In this document: one piece after another, positions 42,901-55,289 of the stretch
Position numbering within the stretch: the stretch's first letter is position 1
How the letters are laid out: every line of letters starts with the position of its first letter
Assembly (NCBI RefSeq): GCF_009914755.1
Contig: NC_060929.1
Strand: one strand, 5' to 3'
Length of the DNA: 64,000 bases
Source: the human T2T-CHM13v2.0 reference genome, Homo sapiens
Notes under the pieces: model-generated
Database searches by the model: none
Told to the model about the DNA's origin: nothing
What the model saw: the letters and a program-made list of their open reading frames with translations, nothing else
Position numbers and translations under genes: made by a program

Positions 42901-43782
42901 GGCAATACCATTCAGGACATAGGCATGGGCAAAGACTTCATGACTAAAACACCAAAGGCAATTGCAACAGAAGCCAAAACTGACAAACGGGATCTCATTA
43001 AACTAAAGAGCTTCCACACAGCAAAAGAAACTATCATCAGAAAGAACTGGCAACCTACAGAATGGGAGAAAATTTTCACAATCTGTCCATCTGACAAAGG
43101 GCTGATATTCAGAATTTACAAGGAACATAAAGAAATTTACAAGAAAAAAACAAACAACCCCATCAAAAATTGAGCAAGAATATGAACAGACACTTTTCAA
43201 AGGAAGACATTTATGTGGCTGACAAACATATGAAAAAAGCTTATCATCACTGGCCATCAGAGAAATAAAAATCAAAACCACAATGCAATACCATCTCATG
43301 CCAATTAGAATGGTGATTATTAAAAAGTCAGGAAGCAACAGATGCTGGAGAGGATGTGGAGAAATAGGAACACTTTTACACTGTTGGTGGGAGTGTAAAT
43401 TAGTTCAACCATGTGGAAGACGGTGTGGTGATTCCTCCAGGATCTAGAACTAGAAATACCATTTGACCAAGCAATCCCATTACTGGGTATATACCCAAAA
43501 GATTATAAATCATTCTGCTATAAAGACACATGCACACATACGTTTACTGCAGCACTATTCATAATACCAAAGACTTGGAACCAACACAAATGCCCATCAA
43601 TGTTAGAGTGGATAAAAAAAATGTGGCATGTACACACCATAGAATACAATGCAGCCATCAAAAATGATGAGTTTTTGTCCTTTGCAGGGACATGGATGAA
43701 GCTGGAAACCATCATTCTCAGCAAATTAACACAGGAACAGAAAACCAAACACTGCATGTTCTCACTCATAAGTAGGAGTTGA
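39959..43782 (+). pseudogene. Disrupted L1 ORF2p (endonuclease / reverse transcriptase)
   Basis: [43 protein letters not shown] (FADD altered) spread over several frames. Confidence 0.95.
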
Positions 43783-44254
43783 ACAATGACAACACATGGA
43801 CACAGGGAGGAGAACATCACACATTGGGGCCTGTAGGGGTGTGGGGGGCAAATGGAGGAAAAGCATTAGGAGAAATACCTAACGTAGACAAAAGGTTATT
43901 GGGTACAGCAAACCACCATGGCACATGTGTACCTATGTAACAAACCTGCACGTTCTGCACATGTATCCCAGAACTTAAAGTATAACAAAAAAAGAAGAAA
44001 AAGAAAAAGTAAAGAAAAACAAAGGTATTAATTCACTGTGACTAAATACAGCATTTTACTTAAAACTAAGTCTCTTAGAGTCACCGTCCCTTCTCCTCAG
44101 CTGAGGTCTGATACTGAAACTCCCTGCTCACAGACAATGTCATCATGTTGCAGCCTTGAAGGCCTCACCTGGTTCTCCTGAGGAAGATAGCAAATGCCTC
44201 ACTAGGGTCCCTTTTTGTTACAACCATGAGAGAACGTGCTGTTTCCAAGGCTGC

Positions 44255-44425
44255 TTAGAGGTGTTAGACATGGACTCAGAGGTCCTGAGTTTGCTCAGAC
44301 AAGCTCGCAACTTCTCTGATCTGTTTCCTTATCTGAAAGTAGAGATGATAATAATTTATATTGAGAGTAAGACCTACTCTACCTATTTTATTGGAGTTGA
44401 ATGAGACAACGTAAGTGGGAAAAAT
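44255..44425 (+). mobile_element. MIR
   Basis: aacttctctgatctgtttccttatctgaaagtagagatgataata...gaatgagacaacgtaagtg. Confidence 0.7.
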
Positions 44426-44788
44426 GGTGAGATGTTACAGTCTAAATTGTGCTTCCTCCAAAATCATATGTTGAAGCCCTATCACCCGGTACCTTGGAAT
44501 GTGGCTTATTTGTAGAGACTTTTTAAAGAGTGAGGAAGCTAAAATGAATCCATTAACATGGGCCCTAACCCAATTTGACAGGTGTCCTCATAAAAAGAGG
44601 ACATTCAGACACAAAAAGAGACAGCAGGGATGCACACACACAGAGGACAGATAATGTGAAGAGACAGAAAGATGACAGCCATCATTATCCAGGGAGGGAG
44701 GTCGCAGAAGAAACCAACCCTGTCAGCACCTTGATCTTGGACTTCGGGTATTCGGAACTGTGAGAAAACAAGTTTCTGTTGATTAAGC

Positions 44789-45288
44789 TGTTACCGGTGG
44801 AGGGTGTCCACGTTCTTGGTGTTTTGAACAAAGAGTTGGACAAAACGCAGAAACAAAGCAAGGAAAGAATGAAGCAAGCAGACGTTTATTAAAAATGAAA
44901 GTACACTGCACAGGGTGGGAGCAGGCCGAGCGCAGGAGCTCAGGGGCCCGGCTACAGAGCTTTCTGGGGTTTAAATACCCTCTAAGGTTTCCATTGGTTA
45001 CTTGGTATACTCCTATGTAAATGAAGAGGGTAAAGCGAAGTTACAAAGTTATTTACTTGGCGTACACCTTATGTAAATGAAGAGGATGAAGTAACGTTAC
45101 AAAGTCATTTACTAGGTGTCCGCCCTATGTAAATGGAGAGGATGAAGTAAAGTTACAAAATCATTTACTAGGTGTCCGCCCTATGTAAATTAAGATGATA
45201 TTTCCTGTCACAGCTGAAGTGTTTCTGTTTGATTCAATTGTAGGAAATCCTTAGGTTTCAGGCCTCCAGGCCCTATTGTCCTGCCTCA
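44789..45288 (-). mobile_element. ERV1 MER4-group solo LTR (MER51/MER83-like)
   Basis: tgttaccggtgg...cctgcctca; perfect TSD AAGC (44785-44788, 45289-45292). Confidence 0.85.
45001..45199. repeat. Tandem repeat, ~56-bp unit x ~3.5, inside the LTR
   Basis: Units start at 45001, 45056, 45112 and 45168; TATGTAAAT recurs every 56 bp. Confidence 0.95.
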
Positions 45289-47162
45289 AAGCCACCTAGT
45301 CTGTGATATTTTGTTATGGCAGCCCTAGCAAATAAGTATAAAATGCAAGACATTAAACAAATATTATTATTGATTTGAAAAATATATACATCTTGCATCT
45401 TCTGCTGCATAGTACAATGTTGTAGGAACACCAGTGTAGCCTTCCACCTTACCATCAGCGTCCTTTTCTGGCGAAACACATCAGGCTTTTCTTAAGGCAC
45501 CCCGACTTCAGATGACTGACATTTGCTTTGAAGAGAAACACCATTTCCCAGCTTCCATTTCCCAGCCTCCCCTCACTTATGCACTAGCAGCATGACCTGG
45601 TCCCTAATTTCCGTAGTCCAATTTTATATCATCTAGCCCTGTGATGGCAAAAGAGAAGAAGATTAAGGGGAAATAAATATTTATAAATGAACAGGGCACA
45701 GGTTAACTATGCAATATAGTATAATTAAATATCTTTTTCTTTAAAGTAAAATATTTTCCTTTAACATTTTGCAGGTACTTCATACTCCGTGAAAATGATA
45801 ATGTGTCTTTTTATGCTATGTGATGCTAAAAAAGAACACAAAAATCTTTTCCATTAAACAATAGTAATTTGAAATCAATATCAAAATAAATTTATAATTA
45901 TATGTACCTAGAAATGTTTTTGCCCTCAGACTCTCTAAAGCACCAAAATGTGATCTGTTTTTCATTTTTCTTGCTGCTTAAAAACCTTTTAAAATTTAAT
46001 CTCTGCTGTTTTATCAGAAGGTAGATTACTTGGGCAGTGGATTTGGATCAGGAAAATAAGCCCCTTACTTTTTTCATCTATATTTCATTTCCACCTGGAT
46101 TGTCATTGACACCTGCCCCTTACAATAACCACTGAAAATTAATTACTGAGTCCCCCAAATCAGAGTTGTGTTTAAATTCTGAGCCTAGACCAAAAACTCT
46201 CCGAAGACTCCCTTCTACCTAACTCCCACTGTGCCCAAAGGCAAGTGATTTATTTTTACCCTCTTTCCACATCAACCCCCAAGAGATGGCCTCAGAAATT
46301 AATCTAAACTCCAGGTCAGAGCCCATTGCCAAAATTCCAAATATCTCCGGTGTCCAAAGCTCCCTAGTTAATAGTTTGGGAATTAAAATAAATCAATACA
46401 AAACAAAAATCTAGATTGCTGCAAAGAGCTAATAGTTACTATATTTCTCTAGTTGGGATTTTTTTTTTTTTTGCTTATTTCAGGTCCTCATAGCACAATA
46501 TTTGTATCTCTGCCTGCCTTGAGTCAGAGTCACTTATGAAGATTATCTCCCTGCCTGAAGATGCTGAGATTCCGGACATTAGGAACCGTCATCACGCTTA
46601 TCCATTGAGCTTACCTCGGCTACCCCACCACTACCCCAGAGGAATCTGAAATGGCATTTCCCATAGAGAGGAGATCATCGGGTATCTATTGGACTCAAGA
46701 GTTAGAAGCAAGTGCAGTGTCTCAGAAAGACAGGTAATCATGGCGTTATCGGAACGTTTCCTTATGGCTTTCATTCTCCATCCTCTATTGAACACATCGA
46801 CGCTAACACAAAGACACTATTACAGATAAGGTAACTGTCCATCGGCCATCTTCCAAGAGACATTTTGTTCCAAGCAACCTAATCATTGGCAGGAAAGCTG
46901 GTGTTTGTTTGTTTTTGTGGAAACATTTGGCAATGTTATAGAAATGGACATTTTTAAACAAATAACGGAAAGATTGCATCGGCTCCAAATGTAATGCCAT
47001 ATTTAAAAAACACAGTTTCATGTCTTACTGTGATTTTTAAAAATGAAACTTAGGCAGAGCCCCAGAAGAAGGCTCTGTGGCAGTAACTTTATAAGTAAAT
47101 CAGGGCTAATAACACAGGCTGGTGAGCCCCCCAACTCCATCCCACCTGCACCTTAGTCTGCA

Positions 47163-47943
47163 GTTCTGCTTCTGAGAAAGAATGTCACCCCTCATCTCAG
47201 TCCCCAGAGAAGAATTCATTTGACTCAGCCCAACAGCATCACTGCAAAGGGAGCTGTTCCTGAAGGATCAAGGGTATGGGACTTTTGCTCTAGGTTCCAC
47301 ATAAAATCCCCAGGAGACACATTTATTTTCTCACAGATAGGGTTCTCTGGAAACTGATGCTGAGGTGGACTTTGGGTAGTGAGATGCTTTCTGGGGATCA
47401 ACATTCAGAAAAGGAAGTGATAGGAAGCAAGATGGGAGCGAGGCAAGTCGAAGTATGATGCCAAACGGACAAAGCCTTACCCAACCCCACTGGGAGCCTT
47501 GGAGCTACTAGTGTTCTTCAGAGTGTCCTGAGCCAGGCTGGTGTGACTGGGACTCCCTTTGTCTCCAACTGCAGGCTCTGGGCAAGGATGTGCAGTCAGG
47601 TGAGGTGACTATCTGCAGCTGGGACAGACCCTGAAGGAGCCCATCTCAGGAGCCTTCTGGTAGCCACATGCCCCAAAGCCATGTGGAATCTTTCGTGGAG
47701 GAGACCTGAAAAGCACATGTCTGGGCTATGACATTCTCCTCAAAGCCTCATTAACAGCCCACACCAGACCTTCCATCTACCTTGCCTCTACAGTGTGCAC
47801 AGCTCCTCTGCTCCTCTGTGGTTCCCATACCCTTGACCCTTCAGGAACAGCTCCCTTTGCAGTGACTCACTGTTGGGCTGAGTCAAATTAATCCTTCTCT
47901 GGGGACCGAGATGAGGGGTGGCATTCTTTCTCTGAAGCAGAAC
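47163..47943. repeat. Inverted repeat: arms 47163-47281 and 47823-47943, 541-bp spacer
   Basis: Manual reverse-complement alignment gives about 7 substitutions plus 2 gap bases over ~120 bp. Confidence 0.95.
47335..47730 (-). mobile_element. LTR16-like ERVL LTR
   Basis: gggttctctggaaactgatgctgaggtgga...ggaagcaagatggg...cccactgggagccttggagct. Confidence 0.6.
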
Positions 47944-49044
47944 CACAGCGTGTCTGTCTCTTCCATTGCACAGGAAAATGCTGCTCTTTCTCAAGTGCTG
48001 CAGTCAGCACCTGATGGAGCTGACCTCCTAAGAAGGCAGTGCATGGACTCTACCGAAACTCTGGGTTCTCCCCTCCGCCCAACTGCCTTTTTAAAACATT
48101 GCTTCACCTGAATACACAACTTTCAGAAGACGCTATTCTAAGAGTTCTGATAAATACAATGCTCCTCATCTTCTTACAATTATATATAATAAAAATTATA
48201 TGTAATAAAAATGTCAGTAAGCAAAACAAATAAAGAACTTCGCTTGATGAGTATAAGCCTGAGACAAGCATCTCAGTCACAAACTGTTGCATTATAAAAA
48301 TTAAGACCTAATACGATGTGTAACTATTTGAAAATAAGAAAAATGATTGTATATAGTGTTATATATTTTTTTCAGAAATATATATATATGTAAATATATA
48401 TGCTTATGAGGAAAGCACAAAATCATTATAATTTCAACTACAAATTGGTTTGCTAACAGGCTCTAAATTGTTTTATGTGAAAATAAATTAGGAGACAATT
48501 AATAAAATCAATAGAATTGAAATAGATGGAAAAACTCCTGATGGATTAGGAGAGAATGAACCTTATAGAACCCAGTGAGGGCTGTGAAACTGAGTGCAGA
48601 AAGAGAAGAAAGGAGGTGCTTCTTGGTGACAGCTGAGTCCACAGTTGGAAGAACATCATTTCTCTTCAGAAGCGCCCGGCAGAGTGGGGTTCAAAAACTC
48701 ACTGGCAAAATAAGCAGGCTAACGCCTCTGAGCTAAGGTGCTAGTCACTACTCAGACCAATGAAACGCCACAAAAACTAAGAGAAAAAAAAAGAGCAGGA
48801 ATGAAGTTTAAGAAAACTTTTTGTATACTGAGAGATGCTGAGTATAATAGTTTCCTAAGTATTCTCCTGGGATTCCAAAGCTCTCATTTCCAAGGCAGTT
48901 TAGGGAAGGGACTCATGGAATGTTTATCAGACACAGTACAGAATGTTAACAAAATAAATCTTATGCAAGCCTTCTAGAAGGTTCTAGTAGATCTCTTCTG
49001 TGCCTTCTAAGAGGCAGAAAGCAAGAAGACAGACATTGTCTAGA

Positions 49045-49240
49045 ATTCTTTTATGTGCCAACACAGAGCCAGCCACTTCCTGAGAACTGTCCCTTTAATG
49101 TCCAGCAACCATTCATTTTACAATTCTGGAAACAGAGACCCAGAGAAAAAACAACACTGTTTTGAGGGCTTATTGAAACTAACACTCATAGCCCAGAGCC
49201 AAGTCCAGGCTTGTTGGCTTCATAGATTTGTGCTTCATTC
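49045..49240 (-). mobile_element. MIR
   Basis: tatgtgccaacac...cattttacaattctggaaacagagacccagaga. Confidence 0.55.
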
Positions 49241-51455
49241 TGGGTAGAGGCATCGCTTTGCTCTGGGAGCCCCTGGAGAGCTGGGCTCAGTCTGGAGGGT
49301 CCTGTGGTCTCCCACAAAGATCACATTCTGTTCTCTCCATAACATCTCCTCCTGCACTCTGCAGCTACAAGTAATACTAAATTTATATATTTAGAACCCA
49401 TAGGAGTGGCCCCTTTGTTGGCTGTTCAAAGCTAGCTCTGACAATTCTCTTGTGACCAATGCCCCTGCAGGCATGTATATTTCACTACTTGCCCCCAGTT
49501 TTGGAGAACCCATTCCTTGTATCCCAGCCCAGCTTCCCAGCAAATGACAGGCAAGGACGATGATCACAGTTCAGAAGCCCGCTCTCTGGGGTCAAGCTGG
49601 CGTGGAGGACTCTCACTTTCAAAGATGGCATTTTACACATGAGTTGATGCAGCAATAGAAATGTGTGTGTTTTGGAGAATTTAAGTATGTCTATTGAATC
49701 AAACTATCATCATCTACGCTCAAATTACACTCAAACACATCTCAACCAAGATTAAATAAAAACTTCTATTGTATGCAAACAGGTTCAATTTATCTAGATT
49801 TCCAATGTGCTTTAGAGTTTCCCAAGGTATGTTCTTTTTTTTCACCTGGATTGATTGTTCCCATTCTGTTGCATTCCCTCTGATTGGCATTTAGAGTGTG
49901 TCACAATTAACTCTGTGCTGGGTCTTTGCAAACTTTCACTGATCAATGTGTGAGGGGAAGAGCTTGCCCAAGCCTCAGAACTAGGCAATGGGAGACTGGG
50001 CTGTCTGCCTGTGAAGCTCCACACTACATAGCCTCATTTACTTACCTACCTGTTTCATCTAACCATTCTTCAGTACTTGAAGGTCAGGTTTGACTAATAA
50101 TTTCTATTTAGTTCCAACTATTAGCATGTTTAATTTCCACCACACAAACAATAATGAACAAGGTATCCATCTTAATCACCCATTTGTGAATATATAAAAA
50201 AAAATGAAGTGGGATGCAATTACAGGGAAGGAAAAATCAGAGGAAAGAATAGATGAATAGATGCTTATGAAAGAGCAGTAAGAAAGAAACTGCACATTCA
50301 AAGCAACATATCTCCTTTTCCGATGTGCCCTCCCAGCAGAGTGGATTTCCTTCTTATTTTCCCCGACTTATTGACCCAATCTCACCTCTTCTCTTTCTCA
50401 GGTTGCTTGTGAACCCCACATTTATCTCTCTGTCATCACCTAGAATTGCTGAACAGTTAACCTCTCCTCATCTTTTCCTCACAATCTTTGTGATCTGAAC
50501 ACACCAAGATCCCAAGCAGAACAATGGGGAATTCCTTTTATTGGGACATTACATTTTTTCCTTGGCAATTGAATAATTTTTGCTATTGTTATACAACTTA
50601 AAGTATGGGTGTCTTTAACGTCTGAGCTTGCACCAGATACATTTCTACAGAGAGCCCTTAGCCACGCTTCACGTATTCCGTTACAATCAGAATGTCTGAT
50701 AAGGATTTTCTGCGGTCCTTCCAGTGCAGTGCTGGCCTCTGGGGCTACCTTCTGACATGGCAGGGTGGAGCCTCCAACCTACTCCAGAAGGAAGAGGAGA
50801 GGGCAGGATTCCCACCGCAAATCCTGCCGGAGAGTTGCTGTACTACTAATAGAAACTTAGCCTCAAAGGGGTCGGCAGATGTTCGGAGGAGAAAGAGGCT
50901 TTCATGTGCAGTCTTCAGAATCAGTGCTTAGTCAAATAGTTTCACTGATGTTCAACCAAATGGTTGCAATGTACTGGATCCCAAATATATACAAGTGTTT
51001 TGGTTACAGTTCCTTGATAAGGAATATCAGCTTCCTCGTAGCACTGTGCAATTATTGGCAGCTTTGCATTTCAAGTTGAAAAAACCAAACTATTCTGCTA
51101 GGAAAGCAATTCATCCAGTAAGAATTTTAATTTTATATAAAATCATATTTCTAGCAAACTCGGCATATTGACTTTTACCTTGTACTTATGGAAAATGCAG
51201 GAAGAAGGACTTTGCGCCCCATGAAAACTATTACCCCCTGATGGCAACTGGTCACTCAGAGCACAGGAATTGTGGTTACAATTCCATGTTGCTTCACTGA
51301 ATTCTTTAAAGAGTTTTCATTTGTTTGAGTTGGACACCCCAAGAAGAAATCTATTTTGGGGGTGCTCATTCCCATTTGTCTTAGGCAATCTTTTTCTTTC
51401 ATCTCTCTAGATCCAGTAACTCACACATAGGCTGATCTATGACAGGCACCCAATA

Positions 51456-53450
51456 CAGGCATACCTTAGAGATACTGCAGGTTTATATCCAGACCACCAT
51501 AATAAAGCAAATATTGAAATAAAGTGAGTCACATAAATGTCTTGATTTCCTACTGCACATAAAAATTATGTTTACACTATACTATAGTTTACTAAGTACA
51601 ATAACATTGTCTAAAAATTATACATAATTTGATTTATAAAATACTTTATTGCTCAAAAATGGTAAGAGTCATCTGAGCCTCCATTGAGTTCTAATTCTTT
51701 TGCTGGTAGAAGTTCATGCCTCAGTGTTGATGGCTGTGGACTGGTCAGCATGGAGGTTGCTGAAGGTTTGGCTGGCTATGGCAATTTCTTAAAATAAGAC
51801 AACGGTGAAGTTTGCCACAACAATAGACTCTTCCTTTCAGGAAAGACTTTTCTACAGCATGCCATGCTGTTTGACAGCATTTTGCCCACAGCAAAACTTT
51901 CAAAACTGGAGTCAATCTTCTCCAAACCTGCCACTGCTTTATCAGCTAAGTTTATGGAATATTCTAAATGCTTTGCCATTGATTTGTGCCAGGACAGAAC
52001 AGGCTGCTCATTCTAGTGGTCCAATAATGATGTGCAGACAGACTGGGAAAGAAGAGTTTATTTCTGCAACCAGTTGCAGGGAAAAGGTCAAAGTAACTCA
52101 ACAGACCAATTCAAAGCTAAAAGCTTTTTTTTTTTTTTCAGTGCTTAGATATATCCTAAGTTCTATGCCTACATGTGAGTGTGTACCTACAAGAAGGAGT
52201 TTCATTTAATCGATAGCTAATCTTTAACTAGGGCCTAAGGTCGAAAAACTTCCTTTAGAGTCTTGGAAAATTTCTTAATTTTAATTGGGCCCTGGTGCAA
52301 GGTGTATGTGTTAGAATGCTTTTATTATTCAATCAGACTTTACGGTCTGAGAAAACCCAGATGGGGTCTTAATGGATTTTTTTTTCTTTTTACATTCCAG
52401 CCCTTGAACTGAGACACCAGTTATTCCAGTTCTTTAATGCTTAACTTACATATTCATTAAAATTATAGTAAAGGGTTAGTGGAAACTGACTGCTCTGGTT
52501 GCTAATGGAAACTGGCCTGCCACAATTTCAACAATGTTCACAGCATCTTCACCAGGAGTAGATTCTTTCTGAAGAAACCACCTTCTTTGCTCATCCATGA
52601 GAAGCAATTTCTCATTTGTTCAAGTTTGATCATGATATTACAGCAATTTAGCCCCATCTTCAGGCTCCACTTCTGATCCTAGTTCTCTTGCCATTTTGAC
52701 TACACTTGCATTTACTTCTTCCACTGAAGGCTCAAAGTCTTGAAGCCCTCAAAATCATTTATGTTGAAGAAGTTTGCATCAACTTCTTCCAAGTACTTGT
52801 TAATATGGATATTTTGACCTCCTCCCACAAATCATGAATATTCTTAATGACATCTACAACTGAGAATCCTTTCCAGAAGTTATTTAATGTACTTTGCCCA
52901 GATCCATCAAAGGAATCACTATCTACAGCAGCTCTAGCCTTATGAAATGTATTTCTCAAAAATAAGACTTGAAAGTCTACATCACTTCTTGATTCATGGG
53001 CTGCAGAATGGATGTATGTTATCAAGCATGAAAACAACATTAATCTCCTTGTACATCTTCATTAGAGTCTTTGGGTGACCAGGTACATTGTCAATGAGCA
53101 GTAATATTTTGAAAGGAATCATTTTTATGAGCAGTAGGTCTTAATAGCGGGCTTAACATATTCAGCAAACCATACTATAAGTTGATATGCTGTCATCCAG
53201 ACGTTGTTCTTCCATTTATAGAGCACAGGCAGAGAGACTTAGCATAATTTTTAGCAGCGCCAGGATTTTCAAAATGGCAATGAGCTTTGACTTCAACTTA
53301 AGTCACCAACTGCATTAGCCCCTAACAAGACAGTCAGCCTGTCCTTCAAAGCTCTGAAGCCAAGCATTTATTTCTCCTGTCTATCTGTGAAACTTCTAGA
53401 TGGCATCCTCTTCCAAGAGAAAATTATTTCATCTACATTAAAAATATCTG
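51456..53450 (-). mobile_element. Tigger1 DNA transposon, partial, split by an LTR
   Basis: TA followed by TIR caggcatacct; ORFs 51776-51979 (VGKMLSNS...SYFKKLP) and 52759-53040 (DGSGQS..FWKGF..WEEVKIS) match Tigger1 transposase. Confidence 0.92.
51985..52524 (-). mobile_element. ERV1 solo LTR, LTR24-like
   Basis: Reverse start tgtggcaggccag; ATT(T) repeated at both flanks; Tigger1 resumes collinearly after it. Confidence 0.7.
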
Positions 53451-53696
53451 CAAAGCACAAACAAAGAGGTATGCTTTTAAGTGTCTTCCAAGGAAGTCTG
53501 TGATTCTACCTCTTGGAATAAGACCCCAAGTAGTGAATTAATATATACTGCATGCCTAATAACTGCAGGTAATTTTCAATGAGATAGAATTTATTTCTCT
53601 ACGTCATGGTCTTATAACTCTATAAACTAAAAATCAAAATGAAACAGAACTGAAACTTCCTTGATAACTTGGCTGTATGTCTGCCTAGTGATTTTT

Positions 53697-54001
53697 TCCT
53701 TTTTTTCTTTTTTGTTTTTTGAGACAGAGTCTTGCTCTGTCACCCAGGCTGGAGTGCAGTGGAGCAATCTCAGCTCACTGACAGCTCCGCCTCCGGGGTT
53801 CATACCATTCTCCTGCCTCAGCCTCCCGAGTAGCTGGGACTACAGGTGCCTGTCACTACGCCCAGCTAATTTTTTGTATTTTTAGTAGAGACGGGATTTC
53901 ACCATGTTAGCCAGGATGGTCTCGATCTTCTGACCTCGTGATCCTCCCGCCTCGGCCTCCCAAAGTGCTGGGATTACAGGCATGAGCCACTGCGCCCAGC
54001 C
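53697..54001 (-). mobile_element. AluY-like, inserted in an L1 poly(A) tail
   Basis: ttagccaggatggtctcgatc..tgacctcgtgatc and ttcataccattctcc. Confidence 0.95.
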
Positions 54002-55130
54002 TGTTTTTTTTTAAATCTAGTTTAATTTTAAGTTCAGAGATACATGGGCAAGATGTGCAGGTTTGTTACATAGGTAAACACGTGCCATGGTGGTTTGCTG
54101 CACCTATCAACCCATCACCTAGGCATTAATCCCAGCATGCATTAGCTATTCTTCCTGATGCTCTCCCTCCTCCTTCCCCCAAAACAGGCTCCAGTGTGTG
54201 TTGTTCTCCTCCCTGTGTCCATCTGTTCTCATTGTTCACCTCCCACCTCTCACTTATATGTGAGAACATACAGTGTTTGGTTTTCTGTTCCTGTGTTAGT
54301 TAGCTGAGGTTATATAATGGCTTCCAGCTCCACCCATGTCTTAGCAAAGGACATGGTCTCTTTCCTTTTTATGGCTGCATAGTATTCCATGGTGTGTATG
54401 TACCACATTTTCTTTATCTACTCTATCATTGATGGGCATTTGGGCTGAGTTCATGTTTTTGCTATTGTGAATAGAGCTGCAATGAACATACACGTGCATG
54501 TATCTTTATAATAGAATAATTTCCATTCCTTTGAGTACACACCTAGTAATGGCATTGCTGAGTCAATGGTATTTCTGGTTCTAGGTCTCTCAAGATGGAT
54601 TAAAAGTTTAAATGTAAAACCCAAAACTATAAAAACCTTAGAAGAAAATATATAATATATGCAATATCATTCAGGACATAGGCATGGGCAAAGATTTTGT
54701 GATTAAAAACACAAAAAGCAATTGCAACAAAAGCAAAAACTGACAAATGGGATCTAATTAAACTAAAGAGCTTCTGCACAGCAAAGGAAACTATCATCAG
54801 CATGAACAGACAGCCTACAGAATGGGATAAAATTTTTACAATGTATGCATATGATGAAGGTGTGACATCCAGAATCTACAAGGAACTTAAAAATATTTAC
54901 AAGAAAAAAAAAACCCTGGGAAATTCTCAAAAGAAGACATTTATGTGGCCAAGAAACATATGAAATAAATCTCAGTATCACTTACCATTAAAGAAACTCA
55001 TATCAAAACCACAATGAGATACCATCTCACGCCAGTCAGAACAGTGTTATTAAAATGTCAAGAAACAACAGATGATGGCAAGCCTGCGGAGAAATAGAAA
55101 CACTTTTACACTGTTGGGAATGTAAATTAG
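54002..55130 (-). mobile_element. 5'-inverted L1, L1PA10-like (54002-54590 minus, 54591-55130 plus)
   Basis: Strand switch at 54590/54591; 15-bp TSD TGCCTAGTGATTTTT at 53682-53696 and 55131-55145. Confidence 0.93.
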
Positions 55131-55289
55131 TGCCTAGTGATTTTTAAAGCAATCAACTTATATGTATTCAGTACAAGTTATGTGTAAGATTCTATGCTTG
55201 AAATATACATCTCCTGACTAACATGGAAGTTTGGATAAAAGCAATACCAATCCCTCTAAGCTTCGTTGTTTTGTAATCATAAAATATTC

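Larger units (their letters stand above)
37841..44023 (+). mobile_element. Near-full-length inactive L1, L1PA7-like, lacking the start of the 5'UTR
   Basis: 5'UTR, ORF1, ORF2, 3'UTR (gcaaaccaccatggc...tatcccagaacttaaagtata) and A-rich tail in order. Confidence 0.95.
44433..45340 (+). mobile_element. MLT1B-like LTR, split by an ERV1 LTR
   Basis: tgttacagtctaaattgtg...aagc|aagccacctagtctgtgatattttgttatggcagccctagcaaa. Confidence 0.88.

Noticed and set aside
38863-43782. Possible active L1 or novel reverse-transcriptase system
   Set aside because: Ordinary L1PA7-like copy with many stops and frameshifts, an altered FADD motif and a truncated promoter.
45001-45199. Regularly spaced repeats resembling a CRISPR array
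   Set aside because: Whole units are homologous with no unique spacers, they lie inside a TSD-bounded LTR, and there are no cas genes in this eukaryotic DNA.
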